The position numbers and the translations under genes are program-made. Below the pieces are notes generated by a model. The model ran no database searches, was not told where the DNA came from, and saw only the letters and a list, made by a program, of their open reading frames with translations. DNA of 64,000 bases from Octopus vulgaris (Eukaryota): contig OX597837.1 in assembly GCA_951406725.2 (NCBI GenBank), positions 39,990,001 to 40,054,000 of the forward strand, in the 5' to 3' direction. Positions 17,053 through 34,150 of the stretch are shown here, in pieces (position 1 is the first letter of the stretch; the number at the start of each line of letters is the position of its first letter).

Positions 17053-17452
17053 CTCTTTACTCTTTTACTTGTTTCAGTCATTTGACTACGGCCATGCTGG
17101 AGCACCGCCTTTAGTCGAGCAAATCGACCCCGGGACTTATTCTTTGTAAGCCCAGTACTTATTCTATCGGTGTCTTTTGCCGAACCGCTAAGTGACGGGG
17201 ACGTAAACACACCAGCATCGGCTGTCAAGCAATGCTAGGGGGACAAACACACACACACACACATACATATATATACATATACATATATACGACAGGCTTC
17301 TTTCAGTTTCCGTCTACCGAATCCACTCACAAGGCATTGGTCGGCCCGGGGCTATAGCAGAAGACACTTGCCCAAGATGCCACGCAGTGGGACTGAACCC
17401 GGAACCATGTGGCTGGTTAGCAAGCTACTTACCACACAGCCACTCCTGCGCC
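17053..17452 (-). mobile_element. SINE family A, full-length
   Basis: Reverse complement from ctcttttact to cactcctgcgcc. Confidence 0.92.
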
Positions 17453-18113
17453 TATGTATATATAAATGCGTAGTTGGGGGAGGTTGCGTCCAATATATAA
17501 ATTCTGAAACCAAGAAGAAAAATAAACGAAAAGAAGAAACAAAGAAACAAAGAACGAAAAATAGGAAGAAAGAAAGAAAGGTGGCAGTTGATTCGTTTCT
17601 TTCAGTTAAACACTATATTTCTTCATAAGGACGGCTTTGTTGAGTTTATTTCTAACACCCGATAAGTTATGTATGTAAAATCCATTTACATTTGTGTGAA
17701 TGATAGATGTGGTGACTAGCTATGCATTAATATCTTCCTCAATTCTCTTCAAAATACATTTGAAGCATAAAGATAATCGCGGAAAGGAGTAAAAACGGCA
17801 GACATCTTAAAAACACATACAAAGATCTATTGGTGACGAGAGAAATAATATTTCTTAATTTAGAAGAACTACGAGTGAAGAATGACTCTGTAGAAAACTA
17901 ATATATAATTTCAATGATTCCAATTTTTATCTGAAACCTGTAAATGAGTAAAGAATGAAGTGTTTTCATGACGAAATAATCAATCCATGTCTTGTAGATA
18001 AAACTACTTTTATATTTTTTCTTGTTATTAATAATGAAGTCTTTGTGTTGGATGTATGCGATTTGTATAGGTAAAGTGATATGTATATATATGTATATAT
18101 ATGTATATATATA

Positions 18114-18183
<70 letters not shown>

Positions 18184-18205
18184 TGTGTGTGTGTATGTGT
18201 GTGTG

Positions 18206-18244
<39 letters not shown>

Positions 18245-18254
18245 TTTTTTATTA

Positions 18255-18471
18255 TTTTCTTTGTTTTGAGTCATTTGATTGCGGCAATGCTGGAGTACCG
18301 CCTTTAGCCGAACAAATTGACACCAGGACTAATTCTTTGTAAGTCTAGCACTTATTTTATCGGTTCTTTGTGCCGGATCGCTAGGTTACAGGAACGTAAA
18401 TATACCAACATCGGTTATCAAGCTATGGTGGGGGAGAACATAGACACACAGATACATACATACAAAAGATA

Positions 18472-18517
<46 letters not shown>

Positions 18518-18762
18518 TAGAAAATTTCTAAATTGAATTCTTTTTCCTTGTAAGTTTGGATTTTATTCCCTCAAATAATAATAATTAATATATATATATA
18601 TATATGATGGGCTTTTTTCAGTTTCTGTCTACCAAATCTAATCACAAGGCTTTTGTCGGCTTGAGGCTATAGTAAAAGACCTTTTCCCAAGGTGCCACGC
18701 AATGGGACTGAACCTGGAACCATGTGGTTGGGAAGCAAGCTTCTTACCACAAAGCTGCTCCT
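18255..18762 (-). mobile_element. SINE family A, diverged, with extra insert in its internal microsatellite
   Basis: Tail at 18255-18445, head at 18605-18762. Confidence 0.8.
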
Positions 18763-18778
18763 ATATTCATTCATATCC

Positions 18779-18854
<76 letters not shown>

Positions 18855-18869
18855 CTCTCTCTCTCTCTA

Positions 18870-18962
<93 letters not shown>

Positions 18963-19079
18963 TTATGTGTATATACATACACACATACTTATATTTCTAT
19001 GTATGTATAAATATATGTATATACATGTACTTATATATACGATGTTTTTTATGTCTTCTTCATTGGGAAACAGTCAACA

Positions 19080-19405
19080 GCGATTTCGATTACCAGACCG
19101 GGCGTTGTGAGCGTTTATTGAGCGAAAACACCTAAAGCTCCACGAGGCTCCGGCAGGGGGTGGTGCGATACCTGCTGTACTCTTTCCCCACAACTTTCTC
19201 TCACTCTTTCTTCCTGTTTCTGTTGTACCTGTACTTCAAAGGACCAGCCTTGTAACACTCTGTGTCACACTGAATCTCCCCGAGAACTACGTTAAGGGTA
19301 CACGTGTCTGTGGAGTGATCAGCCACTTGCACGTTAATATCACGAGCTGGCTGTTCCGTTGATTCGGATCAACTGGAACCCTCGTCTTCGTAACCGACGG
19401 AGTGT
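19080..19405 (+). mobile_element. SINE family C (tail type 1), 5'-truncated
   Basis: ttcgattaccagaccgggcgttgtgag...gaatctccccgagaactacgttaaggg...ccgacggagtg. Confidence 0.85.
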
Positions 19406-19503
19406 CACATACATACATGCATGCATACATACATACATACATACATACATACATACATACATACATACATACATACATACATACATACATACTTACATGC
19501 ATA

Positions 19504-19910
19504 GGCGCTGGAGTGGCTGTGTGGTAAGTAGCTTGCTTACGAACCACATGGTTCCGGGTTCAGTCCCACTGCGTGGCACCTTGGGCCAGTGTCTTCTACT
19601 ATAGTCTCGGGCCGACCAAAGCCTTGTGAGTGTATTTGGTAGACGGAAACTGAAAGAAGCCCCTCGTATATATGTATATGTATATATATATATATGTGCG
19701 TTGTTGCGTGTCTGTGTTTGTCCCCCCCCAACATCGTTTGACAACCGATGGTGGTGTGTTTATGTCCCCGTAACTTAGCTGTTCGGCAAAAGAGACCGAT
19801 AGAATAAGTACTTGGCTTACAAAGAATAAGACCTGGGGTCGATTTGCTCGACTAAAGGCGATGCTCCAGTATGGTCGCTGTTAAATGACTGAAACAAGTA
19901 TAAGAGTAAA
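19504..19910 (+). mobile_element. SINE family A, full-length
   Basis: Match to family consensus. Confidence 0.92.
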
Positions 19911-19937
19911 AGCGAATACATACATACATTTATATAC

Positions 19938-20114
<177 letters not shown>

Positions 20115-20139
20115 GTTAGTTTGCATAGATGTGTGTGTG

Positions 20140-20365
20140 TCTTTGGGTTTGTATTTTGATCGTTCACTCCACCAATTGACAACCATTGATGGTGTATTTG
20201 CGGCCCCGTAACTCAGTGCCTCGACAAAAAAGAGCACAATTCAATACGTACCAGTCTTTAAAAAACACCTAAGTACTGGGATCGATTCGTTCAATTAAAC
20301 CCCTTTAAATCATTGCCCCAGTATGACCACATCTCTCTCACTGAAACAAGTAAGATATAAAAGAG
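20140..20365 (+). mobile_element. SINE family A, degenerate 3' half
   Basis: ttgacaaccattgatggtgt...ctgaaacaagtaagata. Confidence 0.7.
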
Positions 20366-20796
20366 AGAATATAATTATTAGCCCTAAAAACACAATCAAC
20401 TGCTAACAGCTAGATCGAACTCACGCCTATAGAATTAATAACCTCATACTTTTACCCATTTCCTACTATAGAAAGAAAGCAGACATTTTTTAAGCGCCGT
20501 ATATTTTTGTTATTGCCATATTGCCCGATCATGCGCATATAATTAATAACCGTATCATACAATCTGAGGAAGGTATCTCTTTGTACCCTTTGTAGTGTAG
20601 TTTTTATAATGTCTAATTAACACAGTTAGTTAAAAAAGCAGATAATTACACTATATTTCATAGCGTGTACGACGTCATTGCAATATTAAAATATAGTATT
20701 TTGTACCAATCAACAAGCATATATATATACATTTCGTTTTTGGATTTGGTTTGCAATATTCTGTATGTGAGTTCGTCTGTTGAAACATATTCTGTT

Positions 20797-21092
20797 GTGT
20801 CTGGGGACAGTCAATCTCTTTTGGTGCCATATAATTTAACACACTCACCGGTAACATTTTCACTCATTTACTTTTTTTTTCTAAAATATTAGTTGCGTCT
20901 TGCAACCTTTTCAAAAATTGTTGATTCTATCCGTTATTCAAGCTGCTTTGACAGGGTCAAGAACTATTGGAAAGGTTGCAAGACGCAATGAAAATGAGTG
21001 GAAATTTTACCGGTTAGTGGGTTAGTGGGTTAGTGGGTTAGGGTTACCGGTTAAATTATGAGGCACTAAACGAGATTGACTCTCCCCAGACG
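20797..21092. repeat. Imperfect ~295-bp foldback (inverted repeat)
   Basis: gtctggggacagtcaatctc...ttgcgtcttgcaacctttt versus aaaggttgcaagacgcaa...gagattgactctccccagac. Confidence 0.85.
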
Positions 21093-21212
21093 AAGAGCAT
21101 AGGCTCGACACCTCAAAGACTTTTCCGCTTCCCGAGTATTAAACTAACACATTTATTTGTTGTCTACACTACCTGTCCTTGTCTTTTGTATTTGTGAATT
21201 CTCCTTATATAC

Positions 21213-21312
<100 letters not shown>

Positions 21313-21321
21313 TTTATAGAA

Positions 21322-21376
21322 GGAGCTTCTACAGGACTAGAACTGTTTCATTCAAAAGAAATCATCAGGAAGCTCC
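21322..21376 (-). ncRNA. Minimal type-I hammerhead ribozyme motif
   Basis: Minus strand: ggagcttc-CTGATGA-t ttc tttt gaa t-GAAA-cag ttctagtc ctg-TA-gaagctcc; intact core, 8-bp helix I, GUA triplet. Confidence 0.75.
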
Positions 21377-21423
21377 CTGATGATTTCTTTTGAATGAAAC
21401 AGTTCTAGTCCTGTAGAAGCTCC
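21369..21423 (+). ncRNA. Second (mirror) hammerhead motif with imperfect helix I
   Basis: CTGATGA 21377-21383, GAAA 21396-21399, GTA 21413-21415. Confidence 0.6.
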
Positions 21424-21503
21424 TTCTATAAAATAAATTAATTTACTCTGCTATGTATTGAGTACCTTATTTACTGTGGTTAATCCCGACTCAACCCGGG
21501 ACC

Positions 21504-21617
<114 letters not shown>

Positions 21618-21642
21618 TGTATGTATATATATATATACATAC

Positions 21643-21679
<37 letters not shown>

Positions 21680-21685
<6 letters not shown>

Positions 21686-21818
21686 ATAAATTTGTTGTTC
21701 AGAATGTGATAAAAAAAACAAGGCTGTGAAGATTTTAGAGCATTTAAAATTGTCCTAAATTCTTCACAACCTTGGTTTTTTTTTATCTCATTCTGAAAAA
21801 AAAAATTATATATGCACA
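21680..21818. repeat. Imperfect ~140-bp hairpin (MITE-like)
   Basis: ttcagaatgtgataaaaaaaacaaggctgtgaagattttag versus ctaaattcttcacaaccttggttttttttatctcattctgaa. Confidence 0.8.
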
Positions 21819-22039
21819 TGCTGATTTTTGACCTACGTTGGACTCACCGAACCTGGAGCTTAACTATGGTCCGTCGATAGCACTTACTCAGCATTACCTG
21901 ACACCTCTGGGTCTCATTGACACCATTACCTCTCATAACCTATATATATATATATATATATAATACTTGGTGATGGTCTTTTGTTTTTGCCGCTTTAACA
22001 CACGCATTATTTACTTGATCTTCAGTTTGTATTTTATTC

Positions 22040-22258
22040 GTATCATATCGAACTGGCAGAATTGTTAAGCTCGCTGGACGAATTTGCTTAGCGGTATTTT
22101 GCCCGTCGCTACGTTCTGAGTTCAAATTCCGCCAAGGTCAAATTTGCCTTCCATCCTCTCCAGGTCGATAAATTAAGTACCAGTGAAACACTAGGGTCGA
22201 TTTAATAGACTGTCCCCTCCCTCCCAAATTGCTGTCTTTGTGAGAAAATTTGAAACCA
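22040..22258 (+). mobile_element. SINE family B
   Basis: ctggcagaattgttaag...GAGTTCAAATTCC...ttgccttccatcct...gtcgataaattaagtaccag; central motif resembles Nin/Deu-type SINE domains. Confidence 0.85.
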
Positions 22259-22269
22259 CTATATATATA

Positions 22270-22378
22270 TATAGTTAATCCAAACATGAAAACACAAAGA
22301 AAAACCCAACAACGCGAGGACGTGGAACAAGTATAGTGTTATTGGACGCTCAGGAAAGGAAACAAAGAAGGAGGATTT
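22270..22378 (-). mobile_element. Partial reverse copy of the 54845-55022 pLTR-like element
   Basis: gttaatccaaacatgaaa...cgcgaggacgtggaacaa...ttggacgctcaggaaag. Confidence 0.75.
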
Positions 22379-22830
22379 ATATACATATATATATATATAT
22401 ATGTATATATGTATTGTCTCGGTCTTTTCCTACTTATTTTTAGATATGTCCGTAGGCGAGATTACTTTATACTTTATTGCACAGATTGACTCCAAAATAC
22501 ATTGCCATCTCCTTGTTTCTCTTCCTTTTTCCCTTTTACAAGTTATTTGTAAATATCCGGTCAGCTTGTGCGTATTACCATATTTGTTTTCCTTCTAATT
22601 TTTTTTTTTTTGGTAATACCTTATTTTGATGTTTCCCTTAAATGTTTTGCTCTGACGAGAATGGTAATACATAACTTTAATTATTATCGTATATGTTAAA
22701 AGGTAGATTGCCTGTATTTGGGTGTGTTGTGTGAACCACTTCTACTCCTATAATTTTCAACCGAATTTCACCAAATTTTATACATGCCTTACAAAAAATT
22801 TTCAACTTCGAAAGATGTCTGTCCTATATA

Positions 22831-22896
<66 letters not shown>

Positions 22897-23444
22897 ACAT
22901 TTATAGGGTAGCGAATATTCGTTAGAAATATCACCACCAGTGGCCTAGCATATATAAATAGTCAATAGACAACATAATCATTTTTTTAAAATAGTGTACT
23001 TTTAAATACAAGACAAAACTACCCTTTAACAGGTAATTTTTACATGCTAGAAGTAGCAGCCAACACAGCCAAAACCACGATTTAATAGGAATTTTCGAAG
23101 TAAATGAAAAATATAAACTTTTATCTTGTTATATATATATATATATATATGTATGTATATTCCTTATGCATTCCAAAACCGAGTTACCGATGTTGACGTA
23201 TGGAGTATCGAAAGATTCAGTACTATTTCAGCTAAGAATTAAATTTCATTGTCCTTCACATATTTGCATTTCAAAAATTTAACCTTATAATCTTTTCCAT
23301 AAATCAAATAGCGTAAACATTTTATACGGCGATGACGTCACATTTTCTACATGTGTGTATACCTTCAAAGACATCAATCATCACGACACACACCTTTACT
23401 CACTCACTCTATCTCTATTTCTCTCTCACGCATACACGCGCATG

Positions 23445-23484
<40 letters not shown>

Positions 23485-24641
23485 CATTTCAAATAGAGGC
23501 AAAAATCCAGTTAATATGGGGGAAGATGAAAGACAGAGATGCCGGGTGACAGAGAAATGCTGATGTTTCATACCTTATATATGCTCTGAGAGAGAGAGAG
23601 AGAGATTGTGTGTGTGTGATTGTGTGTGTGTGTATGTTGCTTATGTATTCGAATATTGGGTTGCCCCTGGAATATTGTTTCACTTTCACTTTTTCATTTT
23701 TAGTTCTAATGTGATAACATTAATATCATTTTATTTCTATTATATTTGAAATAAATGAATAATTTACATCCTAATGTGAACAACATTTCGCATCGACAAC
23801 TTTCTGTCTTTATGGCCACCACAGCAGAATGGTGTGTCATTGTATGTGTTGACTGACATAACGAACGGCTGGAAGTGAAACTCTTGACAAAAAACGAGGT
23901 GGCAGGTCCAAGGTATATATAAATACACAGTTACCAGTTAATCATTATCGCAGCAGTTGCAAGGTTGCAAGCTATTTACAGTTACATATTTGTCCTTAAA
24001 TTAACATTTAATTCACGTGCTTAATGTATATATATTAAGAAATTTATCTACAATAATTATTGTGGCATTTACCGTTAAATTAGCAGTTCATACACGTGCT
24101 TCACTTTGGTTAATTTATACTGCATACAAAAATAAAAATATACTACATACATACAACTGCTTGCAAAAATAGGGATTACTGTATAATTTTTTTTCCATGT
24201 TCATAATCTTTTGTTTACAAGATTGAAGAAATATGTCAGCAAGGAAAGCACGTATTCTCTCCAGAAACATGCATAAAGAAAGGAGGATTGTAGAAAACCG
24301 AAGGCGAGAAACCGAAAAGAGAAGCGAGAAGAGATTTTCTCAAGATCAGCAAAGGGAGGCTGCAGCACATCCCACTTTTTGCTTCTTTCTGACTTTTTTC
24401 ACGATCTTTCAACCGTCCACCTTTTTATCTTTTTAGTCAGCTTTTCTCCCTTTTTATCATCCTGTCTTTCCATTTTAGTTCGTTATTGCATACGGGCAGA
24501 GCCTGATGATTGTGCTAGGACACCAGACGTGTTAAAAATACTATCTGCCATGCTCCCACCTCATGAAACTAATAGTAGCACATAGAGCATATGTTACGTT
24601 TATTAAACAATATTTATCTCTCACCAGATAATGATAATAAT

Positions 24642-24706
24642 AATACCCAAGGCACACAGAGCTGCGCTCGGTAGTGAAGTGAAAGCACGCTATAAAAATA
24701 AAACTA

Positions 24707-24709
<3 letters not shown>
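24642..24709 (+). mobile_element. Last ~68 bp of the R4/Dong 3' UTR, inserted in (AAT)n
   Basis: atacccaaggcacacagagctgcgctcggtagtgaagtgaaagcacgctataaaaataaaactactg is identical to the unit ends at 58585-60312; AAT repeats on both sides. Confidence 0.85.
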
Positions 24710-24768
<59 letters not shown>

Positions 24769-24794
24769 TAATAATAATAATAAAAATAATAATA

Positions 24795-24857
<63 letters not shown>

Positions 24858-24901
24858 TAATAATAATAATAATGATAATAATAATAATAAAAATAATAAT
24901 A

Positions 24902-24946
<45 letters not shown>

Positions 24947-24972
24947 TAATAATAATAATAAAAATAATAATA

Positions 24973-25014
<42 letters not shown>

Positions 25015-25020
25015 TAATAA

Positions 25021-25108
<88 letters not shown>

Positions 25109-25118
25109 TAATAATAAT
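24710..25118. repeat. (AAT)n tract with internal higher-order duplications
   Basis: Motif gat(aat)4aaa(aat)n recurs four times. Confidence 0.9.
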
Positions 25119-25689
25119 TTGGATAAATAAATAGAAGTCGATTAGTGGGTTTACATGTTGAGTTTCCACATCGATTACGCATACCGAATTCACTCAAGAC
25201 CCTAAATATTAGGAGATACTTGCCCAAGGTACCGCGTAATGGGGCCGAATCCGAAACCGCTTGTTTGGTCGCAAACTGAGCTTCGTAACCACGTAACCAC
25301 GTAACCACCACTGGTCACAACTTTTCAGAAAACATTTCAGAAAATTTCTCTTCGATCACAACCAGCCTAGGGCTAACCCAAAACAACAACAACAACAACA
25401 GCAATACGAACAAAAACTACAACAACAACCACAACATCAACTGGAGCATTCTGTAACATAGTATTACAATGGCGATATTGAGTTAAACAGAGATCTGGAA
25501 TGCCTTTTCTCAAACAGAGAAGCGGAAGCACAGCGTCCATCGACAGATTTATAGCGACATATAATTCTTTGCAAATAATACCGAATAAGGCAAGATTTGC
25601 TTTGATAGATAACAATGATAATTTGATAGAAAATGGTCACTTTGAATTCCTCTTTTGAATCAATCATACTCGGATTAACACACTGCATT

Positions 25690-25701
25690 CACAAGTGTAT
25701 A

Positions 25702-25765
<64 letters not shown>

Positions 25766-25834
25766 TATACATATATATATATGTTCATATATATATATAT
25801 ATATGTTTATACATATATATAAATGTTTACATAT

Positions 25835-25868
<34 letters not shown>

Positions 25869-26023
25869 ATATATATGCATATATATATATATATACATAT
25901 ACATACATATATATGCATATATATATATATACGTTTATACATGCATATACATATATATATACGTATACATATATAGATATACACATACATACATACATAT
26001 ATATATACATGTATACATATTTG

Positions 26024-26056
<33 letters not shown>

Positions 26057-26748
26057 GTGTGTGTGTGTGTGCGTGTGTGTTTGTGTATACGTGTTCACGA
26101 AGCTTATAGCGTAAACACATTTGTTCAAATGTCACATTCAAGATGTTAATATAACAAATACCCTGTGTATATTACTTCTGATCCATTATCTGTAAACATA
26201 TTAACATATACATACATACATGCATGCATACATACATGCATGCATACATACATACATACATGCATACATACATACATACATGCATGCATACATACATACA
26301 TACGTACATGCATGCATACATACATACATACATACATACATACTAACATATATACACACATACATATATACTGTATCAGTGTATCGATCAGACTGTCTGA
26401 TGTTGTTACACACCACTGGTCACAATGCGCTTCCTGGCATTGTTGTAGCCTTCAAACGACGCCAACCCAAGGGGTAGGCGGACCAGCCTATGGCGTATAA
26501 GTGATCGAATTCAAGACATTAGCCCCAAACACGACGCCAGACTGTCACGGGTTAATCCAGTTGCGGCCCAGTGGACTGGGACAAAGGTCCAGAAATCAAA
26601 CCATGATCTTCCATGCAAGACGTGCCTTCCCTTTCTTACAGAGCGACTGGGAGAGAGAGAGGAGGAGGAGGAGAGAGAAAGAGAGAGAGAGGCAATTATG
26701 TGGATAAACGAATTAAAAATAAAAGCTTGGATTTGTTATACAATATAC

Positions 26749-26783
<35 letters not shown>

Positions 26784-27100
26784 TGTATGTATGTATGTAT
26801 GTATGTATGTATGTATGTATGTATTATGTATGTATGTATGTATGTATGTATGTATGTATGTATGTATGTATGCATGTATGAATGTATGATTGTATTTATG
26901 TATGTATGTATGTATGTATGAATGTATGTATGTATGTATGAATGTATGTAAGTATGTATGTATGTATGATTGTATTTATGTATGTATGTATGTATGTATG
27001 TATGTATGTATGTATGTATGTATATATGTATATATGTATGTGTGTGTATGTATGTATGTATGTACGCATGCATGCATGTATGTATGTGTGTGTGTATGTA
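25690..27100. repeat. (TA)n, (TACA)n/(TATG)n microsatellite field
   Basis: Direct reading; a SINE C tail fragment lies at ~26385-26480 (-). Confidence 0.9.
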
Positions 27101-27484
27101 AACAGGAATAAAGTAGAGACTTAAGTATTTCAGACGATGAATATTCAGGTAGTAATATATTGATATTCATACCAATAGATCAAACTCACTTAAGATACAA
27201 ACGACAAGGAAAATTAAAGAAAAAGAATTAAGGTGTTATAAGTGCCATTGTTTCTGGAGGCTCGGAAATCCATCATAATGTTAATAGGCCGTAATGGAAG
27301 GAAATTAACATTGTACATATCGAGCCTCAGTCATCAGGGTAGAAAATTAATCTTACATTTCAGGACGACTTGATTCCGCCTATTGACACTTTTGACCCCA
27401 CGGAATTGGTCCCTCATAAAGAGATCGGAGTCTAAGTTCGAATCATTTGAGTGTTAATAAGTGTTTACTATACCAAGAAGTGAA

Positions 27485-27815
27485 AGCGCATGGCTCAGTT
27501 TTTAGAGCGTCGAGCTTTCGATCTTGAGGTTGTGAGTTCGATTCCCAGGCCGGAATGCGTGTTGTGTTCTTGAGCAAGACACTTTATTTCACATTGCTCC
27601 AGTTCATTCAGCTGTAGAAATGAGTTACGACGTCACAGGTGCCAAGCTGTATCAGCCTTTGCTTTCCCCTTGGATAACACTGGTGGCATGGAGAGGGGAG
27701 GCCGGTATGCTTGAGCGACTGCTGGTCTTCCATAAACAACCTTGCCCGGACTTGTGCCTCGGAGGGTAACTTTCTAGGTGCAATCCCATGGTCATTCATG
27801 ACCGAAGAGGGTCTA
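27485..27815 (+). mobile_element. SINE family D (tRNA head plus CORE)
   Basis: gcaTGGCTCAGTTTTAGAGC...GAGTTCGATTCCC...gttgtgttcttgagcaagacacttt. Confidence 0.85.
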
Positions 27816-28529
27816 CTCATACCGAGAATCTCTGGATCTTATCTGTTTCCTACACACACACACACATACAGGGAATTTTTCATCTCACCGTTTCTTTCGT
27901 TCTCTATCCGATTTGTTTATCTCAATCCTTTCTATCGAAGAGTGTAGGAATGAAACGTCAAGGGCGCCTCAAATTTAGATTAAATCAGTGTTTCTCCAAG
28001 GGGAGGCCTATGGAACGGTCGTTCGGACAAGTTGTTTTGAGAAAATTTGGTTTAAATGTTTGACAACTCAGCACCATCCATTGGAGGGGGAGGGCGTTTT
28101 GCTCGTACAGTATATATACGTATATACTTTTACATAAAATAACGATAGGAAATATTTATACCCGTCAACATTGCAAAGCGGGTATTAGTTCATTTGAACG
28201 TATGTGTATGTGTGTACGTTCGTTTATAAGTATATTTGTCGTTATTTTATAATCCTTTAAGAGGTTAAAAAAAAATCAATCAGTTTTCGCTATTATTCTT
28301 CAGAAATATTGTTCTTAAGAGATAGGAAAAAACTTGCGTACCTATAGAACAACTTAAGATATTTCAGTTTTTATATAAAATATAGAAAGACAAAAGAAAA
28401 AAGCTGATGAAAATGTTGACATTTTGTCTTAATGTAGGATTATTCGCCGGTTCGATACTTTTTTTTCTCACTCAATAAACGTTAAGGCATTTAGAATTTA
28501 AAATGAGGCGTACCGTTTAAAACCGTCAT

Positions 28530-31930
<3,401 letters not shown>

Positions 31931-32184
31931 TTAGCATTCTAACACTGTCCATCACGTAATATTAAAACTTGTTTTCCAAAAATTTGTTTTTCCCTACTTT
32001 ATCATATCTCGGTTAATTGGTGCAAAAATTTTCTTGTGAAAACAACCTTTTCGAAAAACATTTAGACACTGACCAATCGTCCACTACGTTCGACCACCGC
32101 GCACCGACTCGCCATCAGATTTTTTAGCATCATCAAACAACAACGCCGGCTATACTTAATATTTATAAACAGAAATCTTATACT

Positions 32185-33000
32185 ACGAAATCATCTTTTC
32201 CTTTCTGATGATGACACAACGTTCTCAGAAACTATGTGTCCGTAGCAATATATTTATATATACTTTTTGAGAAGCATGAAACTCAGACCTATGAACACCA
32301 CCAGTTAACACAAGCCTTTTGGTGTCATAGTTTAGTAGCTCTGGCTGTACATAGTACGTATATACAAAATTGTTATTTGATCTAAATTATCTTTTCCTTT
32401 CTGATGATGGCACAACATAATCAGAAGCACAGTGTCCATAGTTCAGATGCACGCCCACCACTCATTGCCTACCACCAGTCTCTGTAATCATAAAGCAACT
32501 CTGGACGTACATAGTTCATGAAAACAGAACTGCTCTACTTTCCACGATATCTTTTCATTCTGATGATGATATAAGGCTATTTGAAACCATGTATCCATAG
32601 TAACATATTTACATATGTTTTCTTGAGAAGCATCATAGTCAGATCAGTGATCACCACCAGCTACCACCAGCATTTTGGTGTCATAGTTTAGCAGCTCCGG
32701 TTGTACATAGTACTTATAAACTACACTGTTATTCAATCCTAACAAACTTTTCTTTTCTGATGATGACACGACGTTATCAGAAACACATTGTCCATAGTGG
32801 TACATTTCTAATTATTTCTTCAAAAAAGCTTCAGGTGCATGCCCACTACCCACTGCTTACCTCCAGCTTCTGCGCATCATAGAACAACTTTGGTTGTACA
32901 AGGTACATATACACAGAACCGCTCTTCTTTCCAGCTTAATTATTTTCTAATAATGATATGATGCTAACCAAAACGAATGTGCCTAGAGCAGCAAATTTAT
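32185..33000 (+). repeat. Old tandem repeat, ~195-bp unit, 4+ units, alternating A/B structure
   Basis: ttt(c)tgatgatg anchors at 32205, 32401, 32560, 32757, 32947; units 1/3 and 2/4 are most alike. Confidence 0.85.
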
Positions 33001-33120
33001 ATTTATTTTAATAATATAACATCTGAACTTCTATTAGCGATCTATAATTATTAAATTGTATTACTGCTACTATTCTGTACAGTGCGTTGAGCACGCTATA
33101 TTAATTTGATGAATAGACAG

Positions 33121-33245
33121 ACGTGGCTGTGTGGCAAGAAGATTGCTTACCAACTATATAGTTCCGGGTTCAGTCCTACTTTGTGGCATCTTGGGCAAAC
33201 CTTGTGAGTAGATTTGGTACACGGAAACTGAAAGAGGCCCATCAA

Positions 33246-33276
<31 letters not shown>

Positions 33277-33418
33277 TGTATGTATGTATGTATGTATGTA
33301 TGTATGTATGTATGTATGTATGTATGTATGTATGTATGTATGTATGCATGCATGCATGTATGTATGTATGTATGTATGTATGTATGTGATGCTCTCATAA
33401 TATAATAATAATAATGCA

Positions 33419-33498
<80 letters not shown>

Positions 33499-33725
33499 TG
33501 TGTGTGCCTTTGGATTTGTCCCCTACGCCATCACTTGGCAATCGATGTTGGTGCGTTTATATCCCCGTAACATAACGGTTAGGCAAAAGATATCGATAGA
33601 GTAAGAACTAGGTTTACAAACAATAAGTCCCGGGGTCGATTTCTTCGATTAAAAAAAAAACTCCTTTAAGCCTATGCTCCAGCACGGCCGGAGTCAAATG
33701 ACTGAAAGAAGTAAAATAATAAAAG
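33121..33725 (+). mobile_element. SINE family A with expanded internal (TATG)n/(TA)n/(TG)n
   Basis: Head 33121-33240, tail 33510-33725. Confidence 0.85.
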
Positions 33726-34150
33726 AAATTGAAAGAACATATCGAGTGCACCGAAACATCTCGCGCATTCATAATTATTTTAAGTAGTTTATTTTATTCA
33801 GTTTTAGAAAACCTAAACCATGTCTTTCGCAATCCTGCGTCACTTTTAACCCGCACGTTATTAAAATATCAATCCATCTGTCTTCATGCCTTTCTCTAAC
33901 CCCTTATATATTTATATATATTTATGACGTCATAAGAATTGTCATTCAAGAGAATGAGATGTAATTCTTGTTTTGGAATATTGGATTTCGAAGCAAATAT
34001 AGCTATAAATAGTAGAGTGTGAATATTGTATTAAAAAATAATGGAATTTGCATAGAAGAAGACGAAGGCAGCCAATATTTGTGAGTTCTTATTGATATCA
34101 TGATTTACTTCGGATTTCACCATTCCCCAAATAATATACTCCATATATTT

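Noticed and set aside
21011-21046. (GGGTTAGT)3-GGGTTAGGGTTA telomere-like run
   Set aside because: Local slippage inside a foldback arm; too short and not true (TTAGGG)n.
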